Part shown: positions 1 through 9,685 of the stretch, in pieces | Layout of the letters: each line of letters starts with the position of its first letter | Numbering within the stretch: position 1 is the stretch's first letter | Virus record (IMG/VR): IMGVR_UViG_2816332589_000001 | Coordinates: 32,001 to 96,000 of that record | Origin: a virus | Taxonomy: Duplodnaviria > Caudoviricetes | Strand: one strand, 5' to 3' | DNA length: 64,000 bases | Made by a program: the position numbers and the translations under genes | The notes under the pieces: generated by a model | Told to the model about the DNA's origin: nothing | Seen by the model: only the letters and a program-made list of their open reading frames with translations | Databases searched by the model: none

Positions 1-29
1 AGATCCACGACCTCTCACACGGCGACCTG

Positions 30-3000
30 GTGCGCGTGGAGGGAACCACCAAGCAAGGCACCCCGCGCACCCTGGCCGGGTACGTCGTGGACGGCCCGAA
101 GCAGATCCCGGCAACTCGCAACCACCGTACGCGAGACATGTACCGGGTTCTGATCGCGGACACCCCCAACGGCAAGGGCGCTCCGGTCTGGGTCATGCCC
201 GACGCAGCGGCGGCCCGCGCCACCCGAGACAACTCCGCCCAGGTCGAAGGCGCCCCGCATACCGGCGCGGACGCCGATGTCCTCGCCGGGCGCATCGCCG
301 ACACCGTCCCCACCGACCGCAACGGCAACGGCATCTTCCCCGGCTCGGTTGTCACCGACGCCGAAGGCAATGACGGGGTGGTTACCGGCGCAAGCGCCTC
401 CAGCGTCCGCGCACGGTTCGGCGACAGCCGCAGCGAAGAAGACCACTCCCCCACCTCGCTGCACGTCACCGACGGCGGCGCGGCCCGGCCCACCGGCTGG
501 ACGGGGGACGGCCACCGGGTACGGACCGGCAACGTCGTCGGCGAGAAGGACGGCACCATGCTCGGAACCGTCGAGGAGGTGGACGGCGACACCGCGACCG
601 TCGCCATCCCGGGCGGCATGTCCGAGCACCCGATCGGGGACCTGCGTGTCATCGGCGACACCAACAACGGCAACGACGGCAACAAGGTCACCACGGTTGA
701 ACCGGCGGACGCTGGCGAAGTGAAGGAAGGCGACGTGCTCGTGCGCGACACCCCCGAGGGGCCGCGCACCGCCCGGATCACCGGCCGCAGCGACGACGGC
801 GAACAGATCAACCTCGACCTGACGGACACCACCACCGGCGAGACCGACACCATGTCCGTCCCGTCCAGCGGCGGTGTACTGCGCGCCCGCGACGCCGACG
901 GCAACGCCCCCGACCTCGGCCCGGAGGACGGGCCGTCCGACAACGCCGAGATCACCAGCCACGAACCAGCCCCCGCGGTAGACCCCGTCGCCGGCCCGAC
1001 CGTGAACCCGCAGCTTTCCCCCGAGGAACGCGACGCCATCGCCGACCGGGGCCAGACCGCCACCGCGGACCCCGATGCCGAGCAGGCCGCTGCCCGCATC
1101 GCCAACGACCTGCCGGTCACTCCCGAGCAGGCGTCCGCACTCGCTGACGAACTGCGAGAGGGCGCCGACTCGGACACGGCGGATGGCCGGGCCGCGCGGC
1201 GGGCCGCCGACCACCTGGACGCCGCGGCCGGTAACGAACCCGACGGCGAAACGTCGAACGACCGCCCGGAGCCCGGCACGGTCGGCACCGTGGGCGTCGG
1301 CGACACGATCGCACTGCCCGACGAGTTCACCCCGGACACCCTGACCGCCTACCGCGTGGTGGACATCCAGGACGGCCCCGGCGGCGTACGGAGCCTGACC
1401 GTCGAGGACGGAGACGGACAGCGCTTCAAGCGGACCCTCGCCTCGGCGGACCCGCTGTACCAGCTCCCCGAGCCCGAGGCCCCGGCTGGCGATCCCGAGG
1501 CGGAGCCGCGTGACCCGAACCCGGCACCGGACCCGGACCGGCTCCGTGCCGACTACCGGGACGCAGTGGTGCGTGCCGTCATCGACAGCGCAGTTCAGGG
1601 CACCACCACCCCGGGCAGCGTCCACCAGCTCCGTGAGCAGATCGCCCAGCAGCTCACCCCCGAGGCCCTGCGCGCATCCATGCGCCGAGCCCGCAACGGG
1701 GCAGTCGCCGCGATCACGGATGCAGGGATCGAGGGGGACGACCGGGAGGCCCTGGTCCGATCCCTGCGGCGAGAAGCCGCTACCGCCCGTACGGACGCGA
1801 TCCGCGCAGCCCTGCGGACCCTGGACGACTTCGAAGCCCACGACGGCGAATCGGAAGAGGACACCGCCCGCCGCGCCGCCGATGCGCTCCGCCTGATCCC
1901 CGAGGCACTACGGAACCGGCCCAACGGAGACGACAACACCGACGGGGCACCGCACGCCAACGATGCCGTGACCCAGCACGCTGACGATGCGATCGCCGAA
2001 GCCCTCCGGGCCGCGGCCGCCGACGGACCGCTCACCGAAGAGCGCCGCGCCGCGATCATCGCGCAGCTCGCCGCCCGCCTGGCCGCCAACCGGGACGCCA
2101 CCGCACGCCAGATCGCGGAGAACCTCCCGGCCGGCCGACGCCCCGGCGTCATCGCGCACATCGTCGCCGGTCTCGCCCTGATCGCCCGCAAGATCGTCGC
2201 CATGGTCACTGCCTTCCTGAAGGCCCTCGCCAAGGGGTGGCAGCGCAGCCGCGAGGGCCTGCGTCGAATGCGCGAACGCCTCGCCCGGTTCCGCCGCAGC
2301 CTCGCCCAGCGAATCAGGACGTGGCCCGAGACCCGACGCCTTCGCCGCCTCGCCGCCGCCACGGACCTCCCGGGCCACGCGGACGGCCTCCCGCTCGGCG
2401 ACCGCATCGCCCACTGGACGCGCCTCCTCCCAGCCCCCGGCCGGTTCGGGCAGGTCTCCCGCCGGGCCCGCTGGTACCGGCCCGCAACCCGCTCGTCCCT
2501 GGCCAGCGGCCAACTCCCGCCCATCCAGGACGGTGTCCGCTGGACCATGGATCGGGCCGTGGACGGCGGCCCCGGCCCGCAGGCCCTGCGGCACCTGGCC
2601 GCGCTGCGCGCCGCCGGGCACGACGTGGACGCCGACGTGGCCACCCGGCTGTCGGCCGCGGCGCCGGAACTCGGCGACGACCCGCACGGCACCGTCCGGC
2701 ACGCCTCCCGGCACGCCGACAACGCCGAGCAGCGTCTACGGGACCTGGAGGCAGCGGCGGCCGGCGGCGCGCCGGACGCTGACCTGGAGATCGCAGCCGC
2801 CCGGGTCGAGGCCGAGACCGCACGGCAGGAGGCGGGGCGCCTTCAGCAGGCGTACGCCGCGGCGCTGCCCGCGGCCGTGCTCGACACCTTGGCTGGGATA
2901 CGCGAGATGGGACCGGGCACCACGGCCACGCTGGTGACCACCCCGGACAGCGACCCCGCCGCCGTCAGAGCGCTGAACGACATCGCGCGGTACGTTCCCC

Positions 3001-3395
3001 GGGACTGGCTGGCGCCGACGGAGGCGCGGTTCATCGGGGCCCGTGGCGGAGACGCCGGGGCGTACGACCCGCGTACCGCGACGGCGACCGTCGCAGACCT
3101 GGGTGACGGAGGCCAGCGGACGGCGGCGCACGCCCTGCTCGCGCACCTTCAGCAGCACTACCCGGACCTGCTCGCGGCGCAGGAGGCGTTCCACTTCACC
3201 CGCACCCACCGCGGACGAGTGGGGGCGCGGCGTCGTACGGAGCTGGACCAGCTCCTCGCGCGGCTGTTCCGCAACCGCACAAACGGCGACGGTGACGACC
3301 TGGTGCCGCTCGGCCTCGCGACGCTGTTCTCGGGCGACTGGTACGAGGACGACGACCTGCGAGCGTTCCTCCTCGGACTGCTCGCCACCCGGTAG
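30..3395 (+). CDS. C-terminal part (5' end probably outside the window) of a giant head-associated/polyvalent protein with SH3/KOW-like repeats and a degenerate zincin-like C-terminus
   Basis: 1121-aa open frame with typical high-GC codon bias, upstream of the protease/capsid genes. C-terminus reads AAHALLAHLQQH...LVPLGLATLF...DLRAFLLGLLA. Confidence 0.7.
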   Translation: MRVEGTTKQGTPRTLAGYVVDGPKQIPATRNHRTRDMYRVLIADTPNGKGAPVWVMPDAAAARATRDNSAQVEGAPHTGADADVLAGRIADTVPTDRNGNGIFPGSVVTDAEGNDGVVTGASASSVRARFGDSRSEEDHSPTSLHVTDGGAARPTGWTGDGHRVRTGNVVGEKDGTMLGTVEEVDGDTATVAIPGGMSEHPIGDLRVIGDTNNGNDGNKVTTVEPADAGEVKEGDVLVRDTPEGPRTARITGRSDDGEQINLDLTDTTTGETDTMSVPSSGGVLRARDADGNAPDLGPEDGPSDNAEITSHEPAPAVDPVAGPTVNPQLSPEERDAIADRGQTATADPDAEQAAARIANDLPVTPEQASALADELREGADSDTADGRAARRAADHLDAAAGNEPDGETSNDRPEPGTVGTVGVGDTIALPDEFTPDTLTAYRVVDIQDGPGGVRSLTVEDGDGQRFKRTLASADPLYQLPEPEAPAGDPEAEPRDPNPAPDPDRLRADYRDAVVRAVIDSAVQGTTTPGSVHQLREQIAQQLTPEALRASMRRARNGAVAAITDAGIEGDDREALVRSLRREAATARTDAIRAALRTLDDFEAHDGESEEDTARRAADALRLIPEALRNRPNGDDNTDGAPHANDAVTQHADDAIAEALRAAAADGPLTEERRAAIIAQLAARLAANRDATARQIAENLPAGRRPGVIAHIVAGLALIARKIVAMVTAFLKALAKGWQRSREGLRRMRERLARFRRSLAQRIRTWPETRRLRRLAAATDLPGHADGLPLGDRIAHWTRLLPAPGRFGQVSRRARWYRPATRSSLASGQLPPIQDGVRWTMDRAVDGGPGPQALRHLAALRAAGHDVDADVATRLSAAAPELGDDPHGTVRHASRHADNAEQRLRDLEAAAAGGAPDADLEIAAARVEAETARQEAGRLQQAYAAALPAAVLDTLAGIREMGPGTTATLVTTPDSDPAAVRALNDIARYVPRDWLAPTEARFIGARGGDAGAYDPRTATATVADLGDGGQRTAAHALLAHLQQHYPDLLAAQEAFHFTRTHRGRVGARRRTELDQLLARLFRNRTNGDGDDLVPLGLATLFSGDWYEDDDLRAFLLGLLATR

Positions 3396-3407
3396 AAGGA
3401 GAAGAGC

Positions 3408-3638
3408 ATGAGGATCATGGGCACGCTGGACGACGGCGCGGCCTACGACGTGGAGGTCACCGGCCAGCAGGACCGGCCGGTGACCGGCTCCCGCCGCGTG
3501 CGGGCCCTGGTCGAGCAGTACACCGGCAAGCCGGTCCTGCTCGGCCCGCTCGGGCCCCGCCGCACACTGGAGCCCACGGACACCGCAGCCGTGCTCGCGC
3601 TGCTGCGGGCCCACACACGTGTGCTGGAGGTGTCCTGA
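3408..3638 (+). CDS. Small hypothetical protein coupled to the giant protein
   Basis: AAGGAG RBS directly after the upstream stop; 76 aa. Confidence 0.7.
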   Translation: MRIMGTLDDGAAYDVEVTGQQDRPVTGSRRVRALVEQYTGKPVLLGPLGPRRTLEPTDTAAVLALLRAHTRVLEVS

Positions 3639-3781
3639 GGATCGCTGTGTGGCGCCCGGTGGGCGGCGTCTCGGACGACGGGCATTCAGGCGACCGCTCG
3701 GCGCGGTCGCGGTCTGCGGCCGGGCGCGGCCAGGCACAGTGGACCGGGGCCAACCCTGGCTCCTCAATCCGAAGAGCGGAG

Positions 3782-4213
3782 ATGCCGGTGACGACGGTTG
3801 CGGATGACCTGACGGGCAAGCAACTCGCCGACAGCCTGCTGCGCGGTGTCGGCAACGAGAAGATGCGAGCGGCCACTCGTCTGCTCGGCGCCCATCGCAA
3901 CGGGTACTGGCTGCGGCGTCTCCTCAAAGAGGAAGGTGAACTTCAGCCTACGACCCTACGGTCAGTCATCGACCGCAGCGGCACGCACCCCTCAGTGGAC
4001 TGGGACAGCATCGAGCTGCTGCTGACCCCCGGATGTCCGGCACTCCCCTGTTCCAGCAGCGAACTGGCCATGCTGGAAGTCGCCACTTCCATGGCGACCC
4101 GCTACAGGCTGCCTCTCGCGGAGGTCATCCATGCAGTTGATCACCGCGAATACCGGCTGATCCTGAAAGCGCTGGAGGAAGCCGCGTTCGGCGAGATGCC
4201 CGTATGGAGCTAA
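3782..4213 (+). CDS. Hypothetical protein
   Basis: ATG at 3782, in frame within the 188-aa ORF; plausible globular composition. Confidence 0.6.
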   Translation: MPVTTVADDLTGKQLADSLLRGVGNEKMRAATRLLGAHRNGYWLRRLLKEEGELQPTTLRSVIDRSGTHPSVDWDSIELLLTPGCPALPCSSSELAMLEVATSMATRYRLPLAEVIHAVDHREYRLILKALEEAAFGEMPVWS

Positions 4214-4267
4214 CCCTCGCGAACTGCGACTTTTCGTCCAACGTGCTACATACGAGGTGATAGGCCC

Positions 4268-4516
4268 TCACACCGTGATCGTGAACACCCATAGGTGAGC
4301 GTCGGGGCCGGAGATGATCACGTAATGGATGATCGCGCTGCGTGTCGTGACGACGCGCACCGACTCGTCCATCTCGTACTTGTCGGCCTGCGGCCACGAC
4401 CACGGGTCACCACAGGCTTGCAGCACCGCAGTGTGCAGTTCTTCTCGCGCGGGCGCCGGTAGATCGCGGATCGTCTGGCCGACGTTGGCCGCGAACCGGG
4501 CGGGGATCGCGCTCAC
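4268..4516 (-). CDS. Putative RelE/ParE-like toxin
   Basis: 82 aa; GTG start overlaps the antitoxin stop (GTGA); helix followed by beta-rich IIHYVI...LWVF pattern. Confidence 0.55.
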   Translation of the reverse strand: MSAIPARFAANVGQTIRDLPAPAREELHTAVLQACGDPWSWPQADKYEMDESVRVVTTRSAIIHYVIISGPDAHLWVFTITV

Positions 4517-4755
4517 CGACCGAAGACCTCCGCCATGGACATTGCGCCGTCTTCCGGACGCCCCTCGTTGTTCCACCGGCGGTACGCGAAGCTCGCCAGC
4601 ACCGCGGCCCGGTCCGCGCGGTCAGTGCCCTTCATCGCCTGCGCGGCGGCGAGCACCGATGCCACGTACTCATTCACCGCCAGCCCATGCTGCGCGGCGG
4701 ACTCAGCGACCTGTTCCGCCAGCCGCTCATCTATCGACACCGTCAGCTCCGTCAT
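4513..4755 (-). CDS. Putative ribbon-helix-helix antitoxin
   Basis: N-terminal ELTVSIDERLAEQV...GLAVNEYV RHH-like pattern and C-terminal MSMAEVF; upstream of the toxin-like ORF. Confidence 0.6.
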   Translation of the reverse strand: MTELTVSIDERLAEQVAESAAQHGLAVNEYVASVLAAAQAMKGTDRADRAAVLASFAYRRWNNEGRPEDGAMSMAEVFGR

Positions 4756-4839
4756 ACGTCGAGAGTAGCGACCGGAGCCGGGCGGTGGCAGGGGAACGAG
4801 CCCGAGACGCTAACCCTCTTGGCCCGGACTCTGCGGCCC

Positions 4840-5520
4840 GTGGACTACGCATACGCCGTGAAGACGCTGCCCCAGCCCAACGACGCCCCGGCCGGCGCCG
4901 ACCCGGCCGCGCCTCCGCCGCCGGAACCGCAGCCCCCGCATGAAGATGACGCCCGCCCGTGGGCTGGTGACTTGTACGACGAGGGAGACGAGAGCGACCC
5001 CGCCGAGGCGTACGCCTCCTTCTCCGGGCAGAACGGCGAGCAAGCCTGGCTCGACAAGGCCGAGGACGGCACACTCACCGGCTGGGTGCGCGACGAGACA
5101 GGACAGGTGTGGCGCTACGCGGACGCTGACGCCTGGGCCATCGACGTGGACGACGCCGGCATGGCGCAGACCGGCGGCACTGCGAACGGCGCGGCGCCCG
5201 AGGACCCGGCCGCCGACCCGAGTACGGCGGACCCCGCTGCCCAGACCTCAGCCGCAGGCGACCCGGCCGCCGCGCCACTCGACTTCGCGACCGCCGACGA
5301 CGTCGCCGACCCCGCGGAGGGCGAGGAAGATCCGGCGCTGCCCGGCGAGAAACAGCGAGAAGGCGACCCCTCCATCACCGGCGAGGAAGAGGAACCGGCC
5401 AGCGACGAGGAGCCCGCTGAGGACGAGGAAGAAGACCCTGCTCAGGGCGGCAAGAAGGACCCCTCCAAGAACAAGAAGGGCGCTCCCAAGGGCAAGAAGG
5501 GCGGCAAACCGTGGGCCTGA
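4840..5520 (+). CDS. Acidic low-complexity hypothetical protein (head module)
   Basis: GTG lies 7 nt after the -10 of the late promoter motif (leaderless); Trp-rich core with an acidic then basic tail. Confidence 0.65.
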   Translation: MDYAYAVKTLPQPNDAPAGADPAAPPPPEPQPPHEDDARPWAGDLYDEGDESDPAEAYASFSGQNGEQAWLDKAEDGTLTGWVRDETGQVWRYADADAWAIDVDDAGMAQTGGTANGAAPEDPAADPSTADPAAQTSAAGDPAAAPLDFATADDVADPAEGEEDPALPGEKQREGDPSITGEEEEPASDEEPAEDEEEDPAQGGKKDPSKNKKGAPKGKKGGKPWA

Positions 5521-5606
5521 CGACCGAGCCAGCGAGCGCAGGACGTTAGCCCCCCGGCGAGGGCACGGTGCGCACCGTCCGAGACGCCCGCCAGGAGGAA
5601 CCCGCC

Positions 5607-7862
5607 GTGCCCCGCACCCCGCCGCCCAGCCCACCGGCCCGCCGCAGCCCCACCGGCAAGGGCATAGCCCGCGCCATCTACGCCGTGACGGGTGTGGTGG
5701 ACGAGGTCAACGATCTCATCGTGCCGGGGGCCTTCGCCCGCACCCTCGCCACCCGCCGCGTGAAGACGGTCTGGCATCACGACTGGAAAGACCCGGTCGG
5801 CACGGTGCTGGACGTAGAGGAGTGGAAGCCGGGCGACCCCCGTTTCGCGACCATCCCCGGCGGCAGCATGTGGCCGGCCGCCGCCGGGGCGCTCGTCGCG
5901 ACAGTCCAGTACAACCTGCGCACGATCCGCGGCCGGGACGCCTACGAGCAGGTAGACCAGTGGCACAAGAACAACGAGGCCGCGTTCAGCATCGGATACA
6001 AGGTCGTCCCCGGCGGCGCGGCCAAGCGGCACGACGGCGTCAGGGTCATCCACGACCTGGAGCTGTACGAGATCAGCCCGGTACTGCACGGCGCCCACCC
6101 CATGACGCGCAGCATCGAGGTCAAGGCCGCCGCCCGTACAGGCGACGACGATCTGGAACGCAAAGCGACGTGGTCAACGGTCGAACTGAAGGCAGCGGAG
6201 ACGCAGACCGGCCGCGGTGTGATGGTGGCGCTGCGTCTCCCGCCCGACGTGGCCGCGAAGATCGCGCATCCTGAGGGCACGCCGGCGGAACACCTGCACA
6301 TCACGCTCGCCTACCTCGGTGACGCCGCCGCGCTCAGCGAAATCCCTGACGATCTGCACGGCATCGTCGCTCCCTCCGTCGCCGGCACGGCACCGCTGAA
6401 GGGCACCATCGGCGGCATCGGGCGCTTTCCCGACACCGGCGACGGCGAACCCACCTGGGTTCCCGTGGACGTGCCGGGCCTGGCAGAACTGCGGCAACGC
6501 GTCGTGGAAGCCCTGGGCGCCTCCGCGTACGCCGACAAGCTGAACACGCAGCACGGATACACCCCGCACGTCACCCTCGGCTACGCGCTGCCCGAGGTCG
6601 CGCCGGTCCCGGCCACCCCCGTCACCTTCGACCAGGTCGCTATCGTGCGCGGGGCGGACACCTCCTTCGTCCCTCTCGGCCAGCCCGCAGCCCCGGCCCC
6701 CTCCGCAGAGGAGCCGGCCGACGACACTGCTGCTCCCTCGGCCGCCGTCCCCCCGGCCGAGGTGAAGTCAGCCGCGCAGATCGTGCTGGAGGCCAAGGGC
6801 GCCGGCCCCGACGCCCACCGCGGCGACGCCGAACAACTCCGCAAGTGGTACGCCCACGGTGAGGGCGCGGCCCGCATCGGCTGGGGTGCGCGCGGCGACT
6901 TCGACCGCTGTGTGGCCATCGCCGCCCAGCACATGAGTCCCGACGACGCCAAGGGCTACTGCAACCTCCGCCACCACGACGCCCTAGGGATCTACCCGGC
7001 CACCCACGCCGCCGCCGAACGGAAGTCAGCCGCACAGGTCGTACTCGAAGCGAAGTCGCACCCGCTCCCGAAAGCAGAGCCCATGTCCCCGATCTCCCCC
7101 ATGCCCCTGTCCTACGAGCAACTCCACGCCCGGATCGCGGAGGCCGCCCGCAACCTACTCACCGAAGACGGTGACGACTGCTACGTGGCTGTCGAGGCGA
7201 CCTACCCCGACCACGTCATCGTCACCCGGTACTCCCCAGGTGACAGCTCCACCTACTCCATCCCCTACACGGCCGCTGGCCGCGACATCGACCTCGGCAC
7301 ACCCAGTCAGGTCGAGCTGACCACCGTGGCGCTGCCCGTCACCGGCGAATCGCACGCCGTGGACGGCGACGAGGAGATCACTGCCCGGTACATGCAGCCC
7401 ACCGCTGCCGCCCTCCAGGACGCCACCGCCCTCATCGAGGTCTCCGACGCGGGCCCGGAACACCTTCAGCATCTGAAGCCGACCATCACCGACCTCCTCA
7501 CCACCCTCGCGAAGAAGGGCCTCCCCATGAGCAAGCAGACCACCGCCCCGTCCGGCTCCTCTTTGGACCTGTGGGACTCCGAGTACGACGTCACCGACGG
7601 CTGGGACGACGACACCGACGACACGGACGCTGCCGAGGACGCCGAAGGTACCGAGGGCGCCGCGACGGAGGACACCAGCACGCCGACGGCCGCCGACGGC
7701 TCCACGGCCGCTGACAGCAACGTCCCGGCGGCCACCCCCGACGACACGGGCCCCGTACCGGCCGCCCAGGAGCCCGACACCGACGATGAGGACGAGGACG
7801 ACGAGCAGGTCCGGCTGAACGCGGACGAGGTCAAAGCCGTGCTCGCTGCGCTATCCCTCTGA
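5607..7862 (+). CDS. HK97-family prohead protease fused to a 2H phosphoesterase domain and further C-terminal domains
   Basis: Protease motifs VWHHD, FSIGY and LYEISPV; 2H motifs HITL and PHVTL; AGGAGG RBS; immediately upstream of the capsid gene. Confidence 0.85.
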   Translation: MPRTPPPSPPARRSPTGKGIARAIYAVTGVVDEVNDLIVPGAFARTLATRRVKTVWHHDWKDPVGTVLDVEEWKPGDPRFATIPGGSMWPAAAGALVATVQYNLRTIRGRDAYEQVDQWHKNNEAAFSIGYKVVPGGAAKRHDGVRVIHDLELYEISPVLHGAHPMTRSIEVKAAARTGDDDLERKATWSTVELKAAETQTGRGVMVALRLPPDVAAKIAHPEGTPAEHLHITLAYLGDAAALSEIPDDLHGIVAPSVAGTAPLKGTIGGIGRFPDTGDGEPTWVPVDVPGLAELRQRVVEALGASAYADKLNTQHGYTPHVTLGYALPEVAPVPATPVTFDQVAIVRGADTSFVPLGQPAAPAPSAEEPADDTAAPSAAVPPAEVKSAAQIVLEAKGAGPDAHRGDAEQLRKWYAHGEGAARIGWGARGDFDRCVAIAAQHMSPDDAKGYCNLRHHDALGIYPATHAAAERKSAAQVVLEAKSHPLPKAEPMSPISPMPLSYEQLHARIAEAARNLLTEDGDDCYVAVEATYPDHVIVTRYSPGDSSTYSIPYTAAGRDIDLGTPSQVELTTVALPVTGESHAVDGDEEITARYMQPTAAALQDATALIEVSDAGPEHLQHLKPTITDLLTTLAKKGLPMSKQTTAPSGSSLDLWDSEYDVTDGWDDDTDDTDAAEDAEGTEGAATEDTSTPTAADGSTAADSNVPAATPDDTGPVPAAQEPDTDDEDEDDEQVRLNADEVKAVLAALSL

Positions 7863-8026
7863 CCTGCGCAATTCCGGGCTCCCGGCTGCACGGACATCCG
7901 TGCCCGGGAGCCCGAGACGGTAGGCCCCGCACTCCTCTTTCATGCGCCTCGCGTTGAGGCGTCCCGGTGCTGGCCGGGCGAGCGACGCACGCCATCGCCC
8001 ATCCAGCACAGGAGTGCATCACCATC

Positions 8027-9340
8027 ATGGCTACCGCCACCAACGACAAGAGCCTCGTTCGGAGCCTGAAGACGCAGCTCGCCGAGAAGAGCGCGGAGGC
8101 CGAGCGGATCGCAGGCACCTTCAAGGAGGAGAACGGCTCCTTCATCGTCTCGACCGAGCAGCGCAACGCGTACGTCAAGGCCGTCAAGGACGCCCAGGAG
8201 ATCAAGGGTCTCCTCGACGCCGCCCAGGGCGCCGACACCCTGAACAGCTACCTGGACGCGCCCGCCGGAACCCCGGCGGCCGGCCAGCATTACGGCGGCA
8301 CGGGCGGCCCGGCCGGAGTCGAGGCGAAGAGCCTCGGTGACCTGTTCGTGGAGTCCGACGCCTACCAGCGCGCCGCGGCCAGCGACTTCAAGGACCGGCC
8401 GTTCATCCGCGCCGAGGTCGAGGGCAAGTCCATCTTCTCGCTGTCCGCCGGCACCCACACCCACCAGGCCCTCGGTGGCGTGCAGGACCTCGGCATCACC
8501 GAGGCCCAGCGCCGCAAGTGGCACATCCGAGATCTGTTCCCGAGCGCCAAGACCAAGAACGCCGTCCTGCTCGGCATCCGCGAGACCGGGTGGGTCAACA
8601 ACGCGGCCCAGGTGCCGGAGCGTCGGGCGGCCGACGGCGTGTCCGCGCCGACCGGCCTCGACACGGACGTGTTCGGCCGGGCGCCCCGCTCGAAGCTGAA
8701 GCTGGAGCCGGTCGCGTTCCCCATCGCGGAGATCGCCCACATGATCGACGGCCACAAGAACATCCTCTCGGACGAGCCGCGGCTGAAGCAGTTCATCAAC
8801 TCGCGGCTCATCGAGGGGATCAAGTTCGCCGAGGACTACGACCTGCTTCACAGCAGCGGCGCCGACGGCACGTCCCTCACGGGCCTGTTCAACACGCCGG
8901 GCGTGCAGACCTACACCGGCGACAAGAAGGACAAGTTCTCCATCCAGATGCGCCGGGCCATGACAAAGGCTCTGCTCGCCGAATACGAGCCGACCGGCGT
9001 CGTTCTCTCCCCGTCGATGTGGGAGCACGTGGAAATCGAGACGGACGATACCGGGGCGTTCCGTGTCGCGCTCCAGGTCGCCGTCGGCGCGGAAAAGCGC
9101 GTCTGGAGGCTGAACGTGGTCGAAACCACGGCGATGCCGGACAACAACTACCTCCTGGGCTCGTTCGGTATGGGCGCGCAGCTCTACGACCGGGAGAACG
9201 TCTCCGTCACCGTCTCCTCGGAGAACAGCGACAACTTCGAGCGGGGCGTCCTGACGTTCCGAGCTGACGAGCGGCTTGCCCTGGAGGTCAGCAGGCCCGA
9301 GTCCTTCGTGATCGGTACGTGGACCGCTCCGGCCGCCTGA
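8027..9340 (+). CDS. Major capsid protein, HK97 fold
   Basis: N-terminal coiled-coil delta domain; EAK/SLG processing-like site; C-terminal FERGVLTFRADERLALEVSRPESF. Confidence 0.92.
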   Translation: MATATNDKSLVRSLKTQLAEKSAEAERIAGTFKEENGSFIVSTEQRNAYVKAVKDAQEIKGLLDAAQGADTLNSYLDAPAGTPAAGQHYGGTGGPAGVEAKSLGDLFVESDAYQRAAASDFKDRPFIRAEVEGKSIFSLSAGTHTHQALGGVQDLGITEAQRRKWHIRDLFPSAKTKNAVLLGIRETGWVNNAAQVPERRAADGVSAPTGLDTDVFGRAPRSKLKLEPVAFPIAEIAHMIDGHKNILSDEPRLKQFINSRLIEGIKFAEDYDLLHSSGADGTSLTGLFNTPGVQTYTGDKKDKFSIQMRRAMTKALLAEYEPTGVVLSPSMWEHVEIETDDTGAFRVALQVAVGAEKRVWRLNVVETTAMPDNNYLLGSFGMGAQLYDRENVSVTVSSENSDNFERGVLTFRADERLALEVSRPESFVIGTWTAPAA

Positions 9341-9415
9341 TCAGCGCCGCCGGAGACGTAACGCGGGGTCGGGCCGTACGGTCCGACCCCGCTCCCATGT
9401 ACCGAGAGGACTGCC

Positions 9416-9685
9416 GTGGCAGACACAAACGGGCTGATCGCGGCCCTCACCCAGCTCTCCGACGCGCCACCGGCGCCGCGCGGCCCGCGCTGCACGGTCG
9501 GCGCCATCCTCGATGCGCTCGATGCCGCCACGGCGCAGAAGGTCCGGGACGTGCTCGATACCCGGGACATCAGCGCCACCCAGATCGCCGACACCCTGAC
9601 CGCCAGCGGCCACCGCGTGCAGGCCCCGGCCGTCGCCCGGCACCGGCGGCGCGGCGCGTCCAACGGATGCAGGTGCCCGCGATGA
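9416..9685 (+). CDS. Small Cys/His-containing HTH-like protein
   Basis: CTVG...VARHRR...CRC; GAGAGGA RBS; overlaps the next gene (ATGA). Confidence 0.65.
   Translation: MADTNGLIAALTQLSDAPPAPRGPRCTVGAILDALDAATAQKVRDVLDTRDISATQIADTLTASGHRVQAPAVARHRRRGASNGCRCPR

Noticed and set aside
15-1841. Long antisense and alternate-frame ORFs throughout (e.g. 15-1841, 19916-22351, 24115-26298, 59867-62266)
   Set aside because: Shadow ORFs typical of high-GC DNA. They overlap well-supported genes and give Arg/Pro/Gly-rich sequences without motifs.
7975-7992. GCGAGCGA upstream of the capsid gene as another leader hairpin
   Set aside because: The loop has a mismatch, and there is no convincing flanking stem or downstream ACGCTCC.
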